Origin: an uncultured Candidatus Rokubacteria bacterium | GTDB taxonomy: Bacteria; Methylomirabilota; Methylomirabilia; Rokubacteriales; DASRDR01 | DNA: 64,000 nucleotides | Direction of reading: 5' to 3' | Assembly: GCA_963805625.1 (NCBI GenBank) | Contig: CAWDVE010000011.1 | Coordinates: 64,001 to 128,000, forward strand | Shown here: positions 21,875 through 30,558 of the stretch, piece after piece | Layout of the letters: every line of letters starts with the position of its first letter | Position numbering within the stretch: the stretch's first letter is position 1 | Position numbers and translations under genes: made by a program | The notes under the pieces: model-generated | Databases searched by the model: none | What the model was told of the DNA's origin: nothing | Seen by the model: the letters and a program-made list of their open reading frames with translations, nothing else

Positions 21875-22649
21875 ATCGGAGGAGCAGGCGGTCGACGAGG
21901 CCGGGCGCGAGGGCGTTCACGAGGAACAGGAGCCGCGCCGGCGGATACGGGTGCACCTCGGCGCGGGGGCGGCGCAGCCCCCGCACGATCGCGCGGGCGA
22001 CGTGCTCGGCGCTCTGGATGGGCCCGCCCCGCCCGGAGACCCCCAGGCGGTTCGCCTCGACCTCGTGGAACTCCGTCGCGGTGCCGATCGGGCAGACGCA
22101 CGTCACGTGGATCCCCGTCCCGAGAAGCTCCATCCGGAGCGCCTCCGAGAAGCCCACCAGCGCGAACTTCGACGCGACGTACGCCGCGCGGAACGGGCTC
22201 GCGCGCTTCCCGACCACGGAGGCGACGTTGACGATGTGGCCCCCGCCCTGGCGCCGCATGTGCGGGAGCGCCGCCAGCACGCCGTGGACCGCGCCGAGGT
22301 AGTTGACGCGGACGAGTCGCTCGAACTCCGCCGGCGTCGTCTGCTCCACCGTCGCGAGGATCCCGACACCCGCGTTGTTCACGAGGACGTCCAGCCGGCC
22401 CCACGCGGCGACGGTGCCATCGATCAGCGCCCGGACGGCGGCCTCGTCGGCGACGTCGGTGGAAACGACGCGCGCATCGCCACCGGCCGCTGTCACGTCG
22501 GCGGCGACGGTGGCCAGCCGATCCGCGCGCCGGGCCGCCAGCACGACGCGCATCCCAGCGCGCCCGCACGCGACGGCCGTGGCGGCGCCGATCCCGCTCG
22601 AGGCGCCGGTGATGACGACGACACGGCCGGCCAGATCGCGCGACTTCAC
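21849..22649 (-). CDS. SDR family oxidoreductase
   Basis: TGASSGIG, NNAG, YVASK. Confidence 0.92.
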   Translation of the reverse strand: MKSRDLAGRVVVITGASSGIGAATAVACGRAGMRVVLAARRADRLATVAADVTAAGGDARVVSTDVADEAAVRALIDGTVAAWGRLDVLVNNAGVGILATVEQTTPAEFERLVRVNYLGAVHGVLAALPHMRRQGGGHIVNVASVVGKRASPFRAAYVASKFALVGFSEALRMELLGTGIHVTCVCPIGTATEFHEVEANRLGVSGRGGPIQSAEHVARAIVRGLRRPRAEVHPYPPARLLFLVNALAPGLVDRLLLRFSPRARAR

Positions 22650-22733
22650 GCATGCTACTCTAGGCGGGCCGGTGAGTGCGTCAAGCGCGCTTCGCGCCGG
22701 CGTCACCGGTCACGCCGACCCACGGGAGGCCGC

Positions 22734-23357
22734 ATGTCCCTCGCCGCCGAGTTCGCCAAGCTCTCGCCCACGAGCATCGCCGACGCGCTGACCCGCGACC
22801 GGGTGATGGACATCGGCATCCGGCCCCTCTGGCCCGGGATGCCCCGGGTCGCCGGCCCCGCCTACACCGTCCGCTGCGCCCCCGGCGACAACCTCATGGT
22901 GCACGCGGCGATCTACCGGGCGGCGCCGGGCGACGTCATCGTCGTCGAGGCCGGCGATGTGACTTACGCGGTCGCCGGCGGCAACGTGTGCGCCATCGCC
23001 CAGCGGCGCGGCGTGGCGGCGTTCGTGGTGGACGGGGTGATCCGCGACGTGGCCGAAGCGCGGGAGCGCGGCTTCGCCGTCCTGGCCCGCGGCGTCATCC
23101 CCATCCCGGGGGCCAAGGACACGCTGGGCGCCCTCGGCGGGCCGGTGCGGGTCGGCGGCGTGGACGTGCGGCCGGGCGACGTCGTCGTGGGCGACGAGGA
23201 GGGCGTCGTCGTCGTGCCGGTCGCCCGCGCGGCGGCGGTCCTCGAGGCGGCGCGGGCCCGCGCCGAGAAGGACGCCGCCACGTCCCTCGACGCGTGGGAG
23301 AAGGCCCACCGCGCGCGGATCGAGGAGACGCTCCGCCAGAAGGGCTTCGCGGGCTAG
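22734..23357 (+). CDS. RraA/HMG-aldolase family protein
   Basis: GPAYTV..PGDNL, DGVIRD, VRPGDVVVGDEEGVVVVP. Confidence 0.9.
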   Translation: MSLAAEFAKLSPTSIADALTRDRVMDIGIRPLWPGMPRVAGPAYTVRCAPGDNLMVHAAIYRAAPGDVIVVEAGDVTYAVAGGNVCAIAQRRGVAAFVVDGVIRDVAEARERGFAVLARGVIPIPGAKDTLGALGGPVRVGGVDVRPGDVVVGDEEGVVVVPVARAAAVLEAARARAEKDAATSLDAWEKAHRARIEETLRQKGFAG

Positions 23358-23360
23358 CTC

Positions 23361-23429
23361 GGGGTCAGACTTTGACTTCTCAACAATCCGCGACCTCCGC
23401 CCGATGTTGAGAAGTCAAAGTCTGACCCC
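23361..23429. repeat. Perfect 25-bp inverted repeat (REP/MITE-like element)
   Basis: GGGGTCAGACTTTGACTTCTCAACA (23361-23385) and its exact reverse complement (23405-23429), 19-nt spacer; AT-richer than the flanks. Confidence 0.9.
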
Positions 23430-24196
23430 TACCGCGTCGTGGCGGTCAGGCCGGCGTCGATGACGAGAACCTGGCCGGTCACCCAGCGCGACTCGTCGCT
23501 GGCCAGGTAGACCGCGCCCCAGCCCACGTCCCAGCCGGTGCCCTCCGTGCCGAGCGGGCTCGCCTTACGACGCCGCTCCCGCGCCTCGGGCCCGAGCCCC
23601 TCGACCATCGGCGTCCACACCGTGCCGGGGGCGATGGCGTTGATGCGGACGCCCTGCGGCCCGAGCTGGACGGCCACCGTGCGGACGAAGCCCTCGATGC
23701 CCGCCTTCGCGGCGGCGTAGGCCGTGCGCCCGTGGCCCCGGTGCCCGGCGATCGACGACACGCAGATCACGGAGCCGCCCCCGCGAGCGATGATGGCGGG
23801 CGCGGCCGCCCGCGTGGCGAGGAACACGGACTTCAGATCGACCTCGAGCACCTGGTCCCACTCCTCCTCGGTCGTCTCGAGGAGGTCCTTCCGGGACTCG
23901 ATCCCGACGTTGTTGTGGAGGACGTCGAGGCCGCCCCAGCGGGCGACCGCCGCGTCCACCATGGCGCGGCAGTCGTCGGCCCGCGTGACGTCCGCCGCGA
24001 GCCCCACCGCCTCGCCGCCCTCGGCGCGAATCTGTGCGACCGTCTCCTCGGCCCGCGCCAGGGCCTGGTCCACGCAGAGCACGCGGGCGCCCTCCCGCGC
24101 GAAGAGGATCGCGGCCGCCTTGCCGTTCCCGAGACCCGGGCCGCGCGAGCCCGCGCCCGTCACGATCGCCACCTTGCCCCGCAGCCGATCCCCCAT
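23429..24196 (-). CDS. SDR family oxidoreductase
   Basis: TGAGSRGPGLGNG, NNVG, YAAAK, VRINAIAPG. Confidence 0.92.
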   Translation of the reverse strand: MGDRLRGKVAIVTGAGSRGPGLGNGKAAAILFAREGARVLCVDQALARAEETVAQIRAEGGEAVGLAADVTRADDCRAMVDAAVARWGGLDVLHNNVGIESRKDLLETTEEEWDQVLEVDLKSVFLATRAAAPAIIARGGGSVICVSSIAGHRGHGRTAYAAAKAGIEGFVRTVAVQLGPQGVRINAIAPGTVWTPMVEGLGPEARERRRKASPLGTEGTGWDVGWGAVYLASDESRWVTGQVLVIDAGLTATTR

Positions 24197-24539
24197 GGCG
24201 CGCCGAGCCTAACGGGCCCGCGCGCGACGGTCAAGGCACGGCCAGGCGCTCGGATTCGACGTGGGCGACTGACGGAATCTGTCCTGCTGGTGCAGTGCCC
24301 GATCGATCGGCGGGGAGCCTAGCAAGTCTTCCCGCGCGTCGTCAACGCGCCCGAATCTCCCCAAACGCGCCTCGCCGCGACTCCGGCGGTCCTTCGGGCC
24401 GGTTCGAAGCGGGGCCTGCGCCGGCGGCCGGGCGACTCGCTTCTGTGCCCACGGGCCGCGAAGCAGTGTGCGCCCCCGGCCCACGAGGCCCACGGGCACT
24501 GCCTGCGCGCACGGGCCGGGATGGCCCCGGCCCCGTGGG

Positions 24540-26006
24540 CTACGGGGAGCCCGCCGGGCGATCGGCGAGGACCGGCGCGGAAGGGAAGCGCCGTCGGAAC
24601 AGCTCGCGCAGGAGGTCGGCCAGCAGCGGCCGGAGGCGCTCGGCCACCACCGGGGCCGCGCCGCGGGCGCCGCGCGCCGCCTCGTGCCAGGCGGCCTGGA
24701 AGGCCTCGCGCCGCCGCCCGAGCTGCTCGTCGACGTCGGCCACCCAGGCCGCCGGAACGTCCAGGTCCGCGTAGTCCCCGCGCCCCCGGCCGTGGTGCGC
24801 GACCAGCAGGTAGCGCACCACGGCCTCCCGCAGGAGCCGGTCGAGCGCCGCCGGCTGGAACTGGATCCCCGACTCGCCGCCCGTGGCGAGCCGGTAGGCG
24901 CCGCCGAACGCGTAGCCGCCGAGAGCGCCGAGCATGGCGCCGAGGATCGCGCCGCCGCCGAGGGAGAGCCCGCCGGCGAGGACGTCGGCGCCCAGGCCGG
25001 CCAGCAGCCCGCTCACGGCGCCCCCGGCGATCGCACCTGTGGTCGGGTTGATCGCCTGGTCGCCCTGGATCGCCGTGTCCTCGAGCCGGCGCTCGACCTG
25101 GGCCCGGCTCGTGCCGGAGAGCTCGTGGAGCTCGATCAGGCGGTCCATCAGCCGTCGCGTCGCCGCCTGCACGCGGTCGAACAGGGCGCCCATGGCGCGC
25201 TCGCGCTCGGCCCGGGAGAGGGCCTGGAGATCGGCGAGGCGCTCCCGCACCCACGAGGCGCCCGCGCCAGGCGGCCGCCCGACCGGCTCGCGGTCGACGG
25301 CGATCCCGGCCAGGTACGCCGCGATCGCGTCGATCGAGGCGTCGAGGACGCGCAGGTTGCGGGCATTCCACGCCCGCACGAGCCGCGTCATCGCCGCCCG
25401 CTTGTCGCCCTCCAGCAGGCCCACGACACGCTGGAGGAGCAGGCTCTCCTCCACCCACGCACGGCTGAACGCGTCGAGGGCAAGCACGTCGTGAACCACC
25501 GCGAAGGGTGCGAGGTGGCGCCGCCACGTCTCGAGCGTCCGGGCGGCGTCGTCCACGGCGACCTGGTTCAGGACGACGAGGACCGGCCGGTTCATCCACG
25601 ACAGGAGCTCGAGTTCGTGCCGCAGGTAGCCCGCCGCCTCGGGGTCCTCCGTCGCGTTCACGAGATAGAGGACGACGTCCGACTCCTGCCGGACGTTCCG
25701 CACCGCCTCCTGGCTACACCAGAGCGCGCGGTCGAGCACGCGGTCCCAGGCCTGGTGCAGGAACCAGCCGATCGGGTTCTTCTCGAGGCGGAGCCGCGTC
25801 ATGAGGCGCACCGTGTCCCCAAACCCCGGCGTGTCCCAGAGCAGCAGGCGCGCGCCGTCCGCCTCGATGAGCCGGTGTGCCTCGGCGAGGGTGGTGACGT
25901 GGGGCTCGTCGCGCACCTCGCCGATCTCACGGCGCAGCAGGGTGCGGGCGAGCGTCGTCTTGCCGACGTTGGTGTGCGAGATGAGGCTCAGCGTGACCGT
26001 CGTCAT
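24540..26006 (-). CDS. P-loop GTPase with DUF3482-type C-terminal region
   Basis: SHTNVGKTT (G1), DTPG (G3), VVLNQ; Gly-rich hydrophobic GLGADVLAGGLSLGGG; HHGRGRG. Confidence 0.85.
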   Translation of the reverse strand: MTTVTLSLISHTNVGKTTLARTLLRREIGEVRDEPHVTTLAEAHRLIEADGARLLLWDTPGFGDTVRLMTRLRLEKNPIGWFLHQAWDRVLDRALWCSQEAVRNVRQESDVVLYLVNATEDPEAAGYLRHELELLSWMNRPVLVVLNQVAVDDAARTLETWRRHLAPFAVVHDVLALDAFSRAWVEESLLLQRVVGLLEGDKRAAMTRLVRAWNARNLRVLDASIDAIAAYLAGIAVDREPVGRPPGAGASWVRERLADLQALSRAERERAMGALFDRVQAATRRLMDRLIELHELSGTSRAQVERRLEDTAIQGDQAINPTTGAIAGGAVSGLLAGLGADVLAGGLSLGGGAILGAMLGALGGYAFGGAYRLATGGESGIQFQPAALDRLLREAVVRYLLVAHHGRGRGDYADLDVPAAWVADVDEQLGRRREAFQAAWHEAARGARGAAPVVAERLRPLLADLLRELFRRRFPSAPVLADRPAGSP

Positions 26007-26011
26007 GGCGC

Positions 26012-27424
26012 TCACACGAGGTCGCTCGCGGTCAGCTGCAGATCTCGCAGGAGGCGCCCCCACGTCGCCCGCCGCTCGCGCACCCGGTCCTCCGAGCCGA
26101 CGCGCCGCCGGTAGGTCGCCACCTCCAGGACCACGCGGAGCTCCCAGCCGGCGCGGTCCAGGCGCTCGCGGAGACGCTCGATGAACTCCCCGTGCACCTC
26201 GGCCTCGGGCGTCTGGGCCAGCGGAAAGACCAAAACCAGCAGGCCGGGCGGGGCGGGCGACTCGGGCAGGGCGACACGCTCGGCGCTGTCGCCATACTCC
26301 AGGCGCGCGCCGTCGCGGATGGCGGCCCGCGCCCCGGCCTCCTCCTGAAGCGCCGTGTGCAGCCGCTCGCGGAGCGCCGTGTCCGGGGCGCAGCTGTAGT
26401 AGACGACCTCGACGCGCGTGGCCACGCCGCGGCCGCTGTGGAGGGCGCGCCGGGCGTAACCGGCGTCGAGCGGAACCGGCAGCCCCCGGGCTAGGCGCCC
26501 GGCGATCGCCGCCTCCAGGAGCGCCAGCGCCGCCCGCGGGATCACGACCGCGAGGACGAGGGTCGTCGCCCACAGGTGGATCCAGGGGGCGGCGGGGCCC
26601 TCGCCGGCGGGGCTCCGCAGGGGGGCCACGTCCGGCACTGGCGTGCCCAGGACGCGCGCCGCGGGCCCGAGGAGCGCGTCGAGGTAGCGCTGCACCGCCC
26701 GGGCGTCCAGCCAGGTGCTCTCCCAGGTCGCGCGGTACTCGAGCGCGATCCCCGAGACGTACATGCCGGCGAGCGCGCCCAGGGCCACGGCCAGCGCGGC
26801 GAGGTGCAAGACGACCTGCACGCGCGCCGCGATCAGCGGCGCGGCGGTCGGCAGCCACAGCCGTGCGAATCCCCGGACGGCGTCGGCCACAACGGCGGAG
26901 CGCGCGGCCACCCCCAGCCGGCGCGCGAGTCCGGCGAGCCACGCCCCCTCGAGCCACCCGCCCGCGCGGGCCAGGCGCCCGGTCGGGAGTCGCCGCCCGC
27001 GCGCTCGCGCCGCCGTGCGGGCGACGAGGGCGGCGTAGACGAGGAGGTTCCAGGCCAGAATCCCGGCGAGGGGAAACGCCAGCACGCTCACGTGGCGCGC
27101 GGGGCCGAGCGCGTTCGTCAGCGCGCCGCTGGCCGCCGCCGCTGCGACGGCGACCGCGACGACGGGCCCCCGCCACCGGGGCGGATGGAGCAGGCGCTCG
27201 AGGGCAGGCGCCTCGCGCCGCAGGTCGTCCCGCAGCACGAGGGCTCGCGTCCGGAGCCGGGCCGAATCGTCGGCGAACCCGCCCGGGTCGTCGAACACGC
27301 GGCGGGTTGCCGCCGCGCGCGCCCGCGGCGAGAGGAGCACGCCGTCCCGGTCGGCCTCCTCGACCGCCTGGACCAGGAGCAGCGTCCTGGCATCCTCCTC
27401 GGGCAGCCGGAGTGGGGTCGTCAT
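26012..27424 (-). CDS. DUF2868-type membrane protein
   Basis: TM segments, EYRATWESTWL, AAPWIHLWA, QTPEAEVHG; adjacent to the DUF3482 GTPase. Confidence 0.82.
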   Translation of the reverse strand: MTTPLRLPEEDARTLLLVQAVEEADRDGVLLSPRARAAATRRVFDDPGGFADDSARLRTRALVLRDDLRREAPALERLLHPPRWRGPVVAVAVAAAAASGALTNALGPARHVSVLAFPLAGILAWNLLVYAALVARTAARARGRRLPTGRLARAGGWLEGAWLAGLARRLGVAARSAVVADAVRGFARLWLPTAAPLIAARVQVVLHLAALAVALGALAGMYVSGIALEYRATWESTWLDARAVQRYLDALLGPAARVLGTPVPDVAPLRSPAGEGPAAPWIHLWATTLVLAVVIPRAALALLEAAIAGRLARGLPVPLDAGYARRALHSGRGVATRVEVVYYSCAPDTALRERLHTALQEEAGARAAIRDGARLEYGDSAERVALPESPAPPGLLVLVFPLAQTPEAEVHGEFIERLRERLDRAGWELRVVLEVATYRRRVGSEDRVRERRATWGRLLRDLQLTASDLV

Positions 27425-27599
27425 CCTGCCATGGCTCTGCGCCCCAGCATATAGGGACTCGCCAGGACGGGGGCACCGCGCGGCCGCGGCTGGGGTAGAG
27501 TGGGGACCGCCCGCGAAGGGTGTCGCCCCGGGGATGTCTCGTGGGAACGTCCCGTCACGGGTGCGAGGCCACCTCGCATCCCGAGAGGAGGCTCGCCAC

Positions 27600-28039
27600 G
27601 TGCGACCGCCGGTAACGCTCGGAGGACTCGCGCTCATCCTCGCACTCGCCGCCGGCTGCGCCTCGTCGTCCCCGCACGCATCGTCCCAGCCGGCGCCTCC
27701 CCCGACGGCCACGTCATCGCCGGCGCCACCTCCAGCGTCCCCTCCCCCGCCCGCCGCGCCGGCGTCCGCGACCCCCCAGCCCGCGGCCCCGCCGGCGGCG
27801 CCCGGAAGTGGCATCGTCCTGCGCGAGAAGGACCTGGCCAAGGGGCTCGGCGACTTCGTGGCCAGGACCAAGGGCCGTAGGACTTCCTCGCTCGCGCGAA
27901 AGGGCACCGCGGCCTCCTGAGCGTCACGGTGCCCGTCGGCAAGGGCGAGGAGGTCGCCTTCAAGCCCGCCGAAGGTCGGCCGCTCCGCGGTGTGGGCGAG
28001 CCGGCGCCCGCGAACGTGGTCGATCGAGAGACGGCTGAC
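27600..28039 (+). pseudogene. Lipoprotein with Pro/Ala linker, apparently frameshifted or truncated
   Basis: GAGGAGG RBS, lipobox LAAG-C; frame ends at 27920 while another frame continues DFLARAKGHRGLLSVTVPVGKGEEVAFK. Confidence 0.5.
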
Positions 28040-28140
28040 AGGACCCCGACTCAGCGCCCGCCGGGAAGCGAACGGGGCGCCGGCCTGACGGCCGACGCCC
28101 CCTCCTGTGCTCGCACGGACGGCCGGACCGCGCCGCGACG

Positions 28141-29523
28141 CTACGCCGGGATGACCGCCTTGATCGACGCCCGGACGATCTCCAGCACGCGGTCGATCTG
28201 CTGCTCGGTGATGACGAGCGGTGGCGAAAAGAAGATCTGCTCGGAGAACGTACCGCCCGGCACGGGGTAGCTCCGGATCCGGGTCGCGAACCCGCGCTTC
28301 TCCATGTCCCGGCGGATCCGCAATCCCACCTTCTGATCGGCCGGGAATCCGGCCTTCGTCGTCCGGTCCGAGACGAGCTCCGCGGCGGCGATCAGGCCCT
28401 TGCCGCCCCGCACGTCACCGATGACCGGCAGCTCCTTCTGGAGCTCGAGCAGCCCCTGGTAGAGCCGCGTCCCGAGCCGAGCCGAGCGCTCCCACAGCCG
28501 CTCGCGCTCCATGATCGCGATGTTCGCGAGGCCGACCGCGCAGCACATGGGGTGACCCGAGTAGGTGTAGGCGTGCATCCACCGGTCCTCGGGCTTGACC
28601 GTGTTCATGGTCTCGAAGATGTCGCGCGACACCACGATGCCGCCGAGCGGCGCATAGCCGGACGTCACCGCCTTCGCGAAGGACTGGATGTCCGGCTGGA
28701 CGTTCCAGTGCGTCAGCGCGAACCACTGGCCGGTCCGGCAGAAGCCCGTGATCACCTCATCGCCGATGAACAGCACGTCGTGCTTGGTGCAGATCTCGCG
28801 GATGCGCGGGAAGTAGTCGTCCGGGGGCACGATCACGCCGCCGCCGCCAATGATCGGTTCGGCGATGAACGCCGCCACCGTGTCGGGACCCTCCCGCAGG
28901 ATCGCCTCCTCCAGCTCCCGGGCCGCCGCCTGGCCCACCGTCTCCCCCGTGCGGGCGCCCTGGAAGCGGTACGGGTACGGCGCCTGGATGTGGAGGAAGC
29001 CCGGCACGCGCGGCTCGAACATCTTCCAGTATGGCGCCATGCCGGTGGCGCTCATCGCCTGGAGGGTGACCCCGTGGTAGGCGTTCTGGCGCGCGATCAC
29101 CTTGATCTTGTCCGGCTTCCCCTTGGCCTTCCAGTAGAAGCGGGCGGTCTTGAAGGCGGACTCGTTCGCCTCGGCGCCGCCGCAGGTGAAGAAGACGGCG
29201 GCCATGTTCGGGTAGGAGAGGCTCACGATCTTGGTGGCGAGCTCGGCGGCGGGGATGTTCGCGTTGCCCACGTAGTTCGAGAAGTAGGCGAGCTTCTTCA
29301 TCTGCTCGAAGGCCGCGCGCGCCAGCTCCTCCCGGCCATGCCCCACGCTCACGTTCCAGAGGCCGGCGAGGCCGTCGATGTACTCGTTGCCGTGGATGTC
29401 CTTGATGACCGCGCCGTGGCCCTCCACGATCACGAGCGGCTCGGCCGCCTCCGAGGAATGGTGGAGCGGGTGGATGACGTGTGCCTGGTCGTTCTTGATG
29501 ATGTCGGATGCCGTCATGCTCAT
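28141..29523 (-). CDS. Class III PLP aminotransferase (omega-amino acid/amine transaminase)
   Basis: YIDGLAGLW, GGAEANE, AYHG, FIAEP, DEVITGFCRTG, FAKAVTSGY, TYSGHP. Confidence 0.94.
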   Translation of the reverse strand: MSMTASDIIKNDQAHVIHPLHHSSEAAEPLVIVEGHGAVIKDIHGNEYIDGLAGLWNVSVGHGREELARAAFEQMKKLAYFSNYVGNANIPAAELATKIVSLSYPNMAAVFFTCGGAEANESAFKTARFYWKAKGKPDKIKVIARQNAYHGVTLQAMSATGMAPYWKMFEPRVPGFLHIQAPYPYRFQGARTGETVGQAAARELEEAILREGPDTVAAFIAEPIIGGGGVIVPPDDYFPRIREICTKHDVLFIGDEVITGFCRTGQWFALTHWNVQPDIQSFAKAVTSGYAPLGGIVVSRDIFETMNTVKPEDRWMHAYTYSGHPMCCAVGLANIAIMERERLWERSARLGTRLYQGLLELQKELPVIGDVRGGKGLIAAAELVSDRTTKAGFPADQKVGLRIRRDMEKRGFATRIRSYPVPGGTFSEQIFFSPPLVITEQQIDRVLEIVRASIKAVIPA

Positions 29524-30002
29524 CGAGGGTCCTCCAGAGTTGACACGGTATGGGTTCCACGCGCGCTCGTCAGGTGGGCGCGCCAGTCGCCGGACTCGAC
29601 CCGGGGCCCCCGGCCAGCCGCGGGCCCGAATCGCTCGTTGTACGCGTACACCCAGGCCTCCCGCACCACTCCACCTGCGGCCTGTACCGGCACCGTGCGC
29701 CGCACGTAGAGGCTCCGCGTCTCGTCCGCGGGGTCGTACCACTCCTCCCGGTCCAGGGCCGGCAGCCGGTCCGGCAGGTCCGGGACTTGGTAGAGCTCCC
29801 CGGTCACCCAGCCGCCGTCGTCGAGGACCAGGCCAGGATACTCGCCGAAGTGGTAGAGAGAGCCGCGGATCCGCCCGAGCCCTTCGAGGAGCGCCCCGCC
29901 GAGGAGCGGGCGTCGCGAGAAACCGGTCATCAGCGTTCCATAGGTGAACAGCCGGTCCGGACCCGGAGCGGGACCAGCGCCGGCTGCCGTCACGGCGGAC
30001 AT
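29520..30002 (-). CDS. Gamma-glutamylcyclotransferase family protein
   Basis: LFTYGTL, YPGL, GELY, LDREE, AWVY, SGDW; ATGA overlap with the aminotransferase. Confidence 0.88.
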   Translation of the reverse strand: MSAVTAAGAGPAPGPDRLFTYGTLMTGFSRRPLLGGALLEGLGRIRGSLYHFGEYPGLVLDDGGWVTGELYQVPDLPDRLPALDREEWYDPADETRSLYVRRTVPVQAAGGVVREAWVYAYNERFGPAAGRGPRVESGDWRAHLTSARGTHTVSTLEDPR

Positions 30003-30187
30003 TGTAGCAGCGGGCTCGGACCGCGTCGAGGCGCCGGCGGCGAAGCCCAGGCTCGGCCCCTCCCCGGCCGACCTGGGGCGTTGACGCCTCGTCCGTCCAC
30101 CGGTATCGACGACGAGACACGGTCTGACTCCCGCGCAGTCCGACGAACGCGCGCGGGACACGTCGGAGCCAACGCAAGGGAGGAATC

Positions 30188-30558
30188 GTGACGATCCACG
30201 CTCGCGTCTTGTGCTGGCGCTCTTGGTCTCGGCGCTGCTCGCCGCCGGATCCGGCGCGGCGGCCCAGCGGCCCGGCGAGGGCGCCAAATTCTACGCGGAG
30301 TACCGGGCCGCCTTCGCGAAGGCCAAGGCCATCGAGGATCTCGTACCGTTCCTGTCCAAGGGGCGGGCTGAGATGGTGCAGAAAACGCCGAAGGAGGACC
30401 GCGCCAAGATGTTCGGAATGATGAAGGCCATGGACGCCAAGGAGGTCAAGGTCCTGAAGGAGACGAAAACGGACGCTGGCTACCTCCTGGACGCCACCGG
30501 CAAGGGGGGCATTGTCCCGGGAGGGTCGAAGGGCACGAGGCCGGACCCGGATCCGTCG
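30188..30558 (+). pseudogene. Truncated secreted hypothetical protein
   Basis: GGGAGG RBS + GTG 30188 out of frame with the signal peptide; protein-like to ..GSKGT, then runs into the antisense of the next gene. Confidence 0.5.

Noticed and set aside
24197-24539. 340-nt intergenic region as possible ncRNA or gene remnant
   Set aside because: No convincing ORF, hairpin family or homology recognised.
24540-27476. 978-aa ORF as a fusion protein
   Set aside because: The real GTPase starts at 26006; the upstream part is a shadow frame of the DUF2868 gene.
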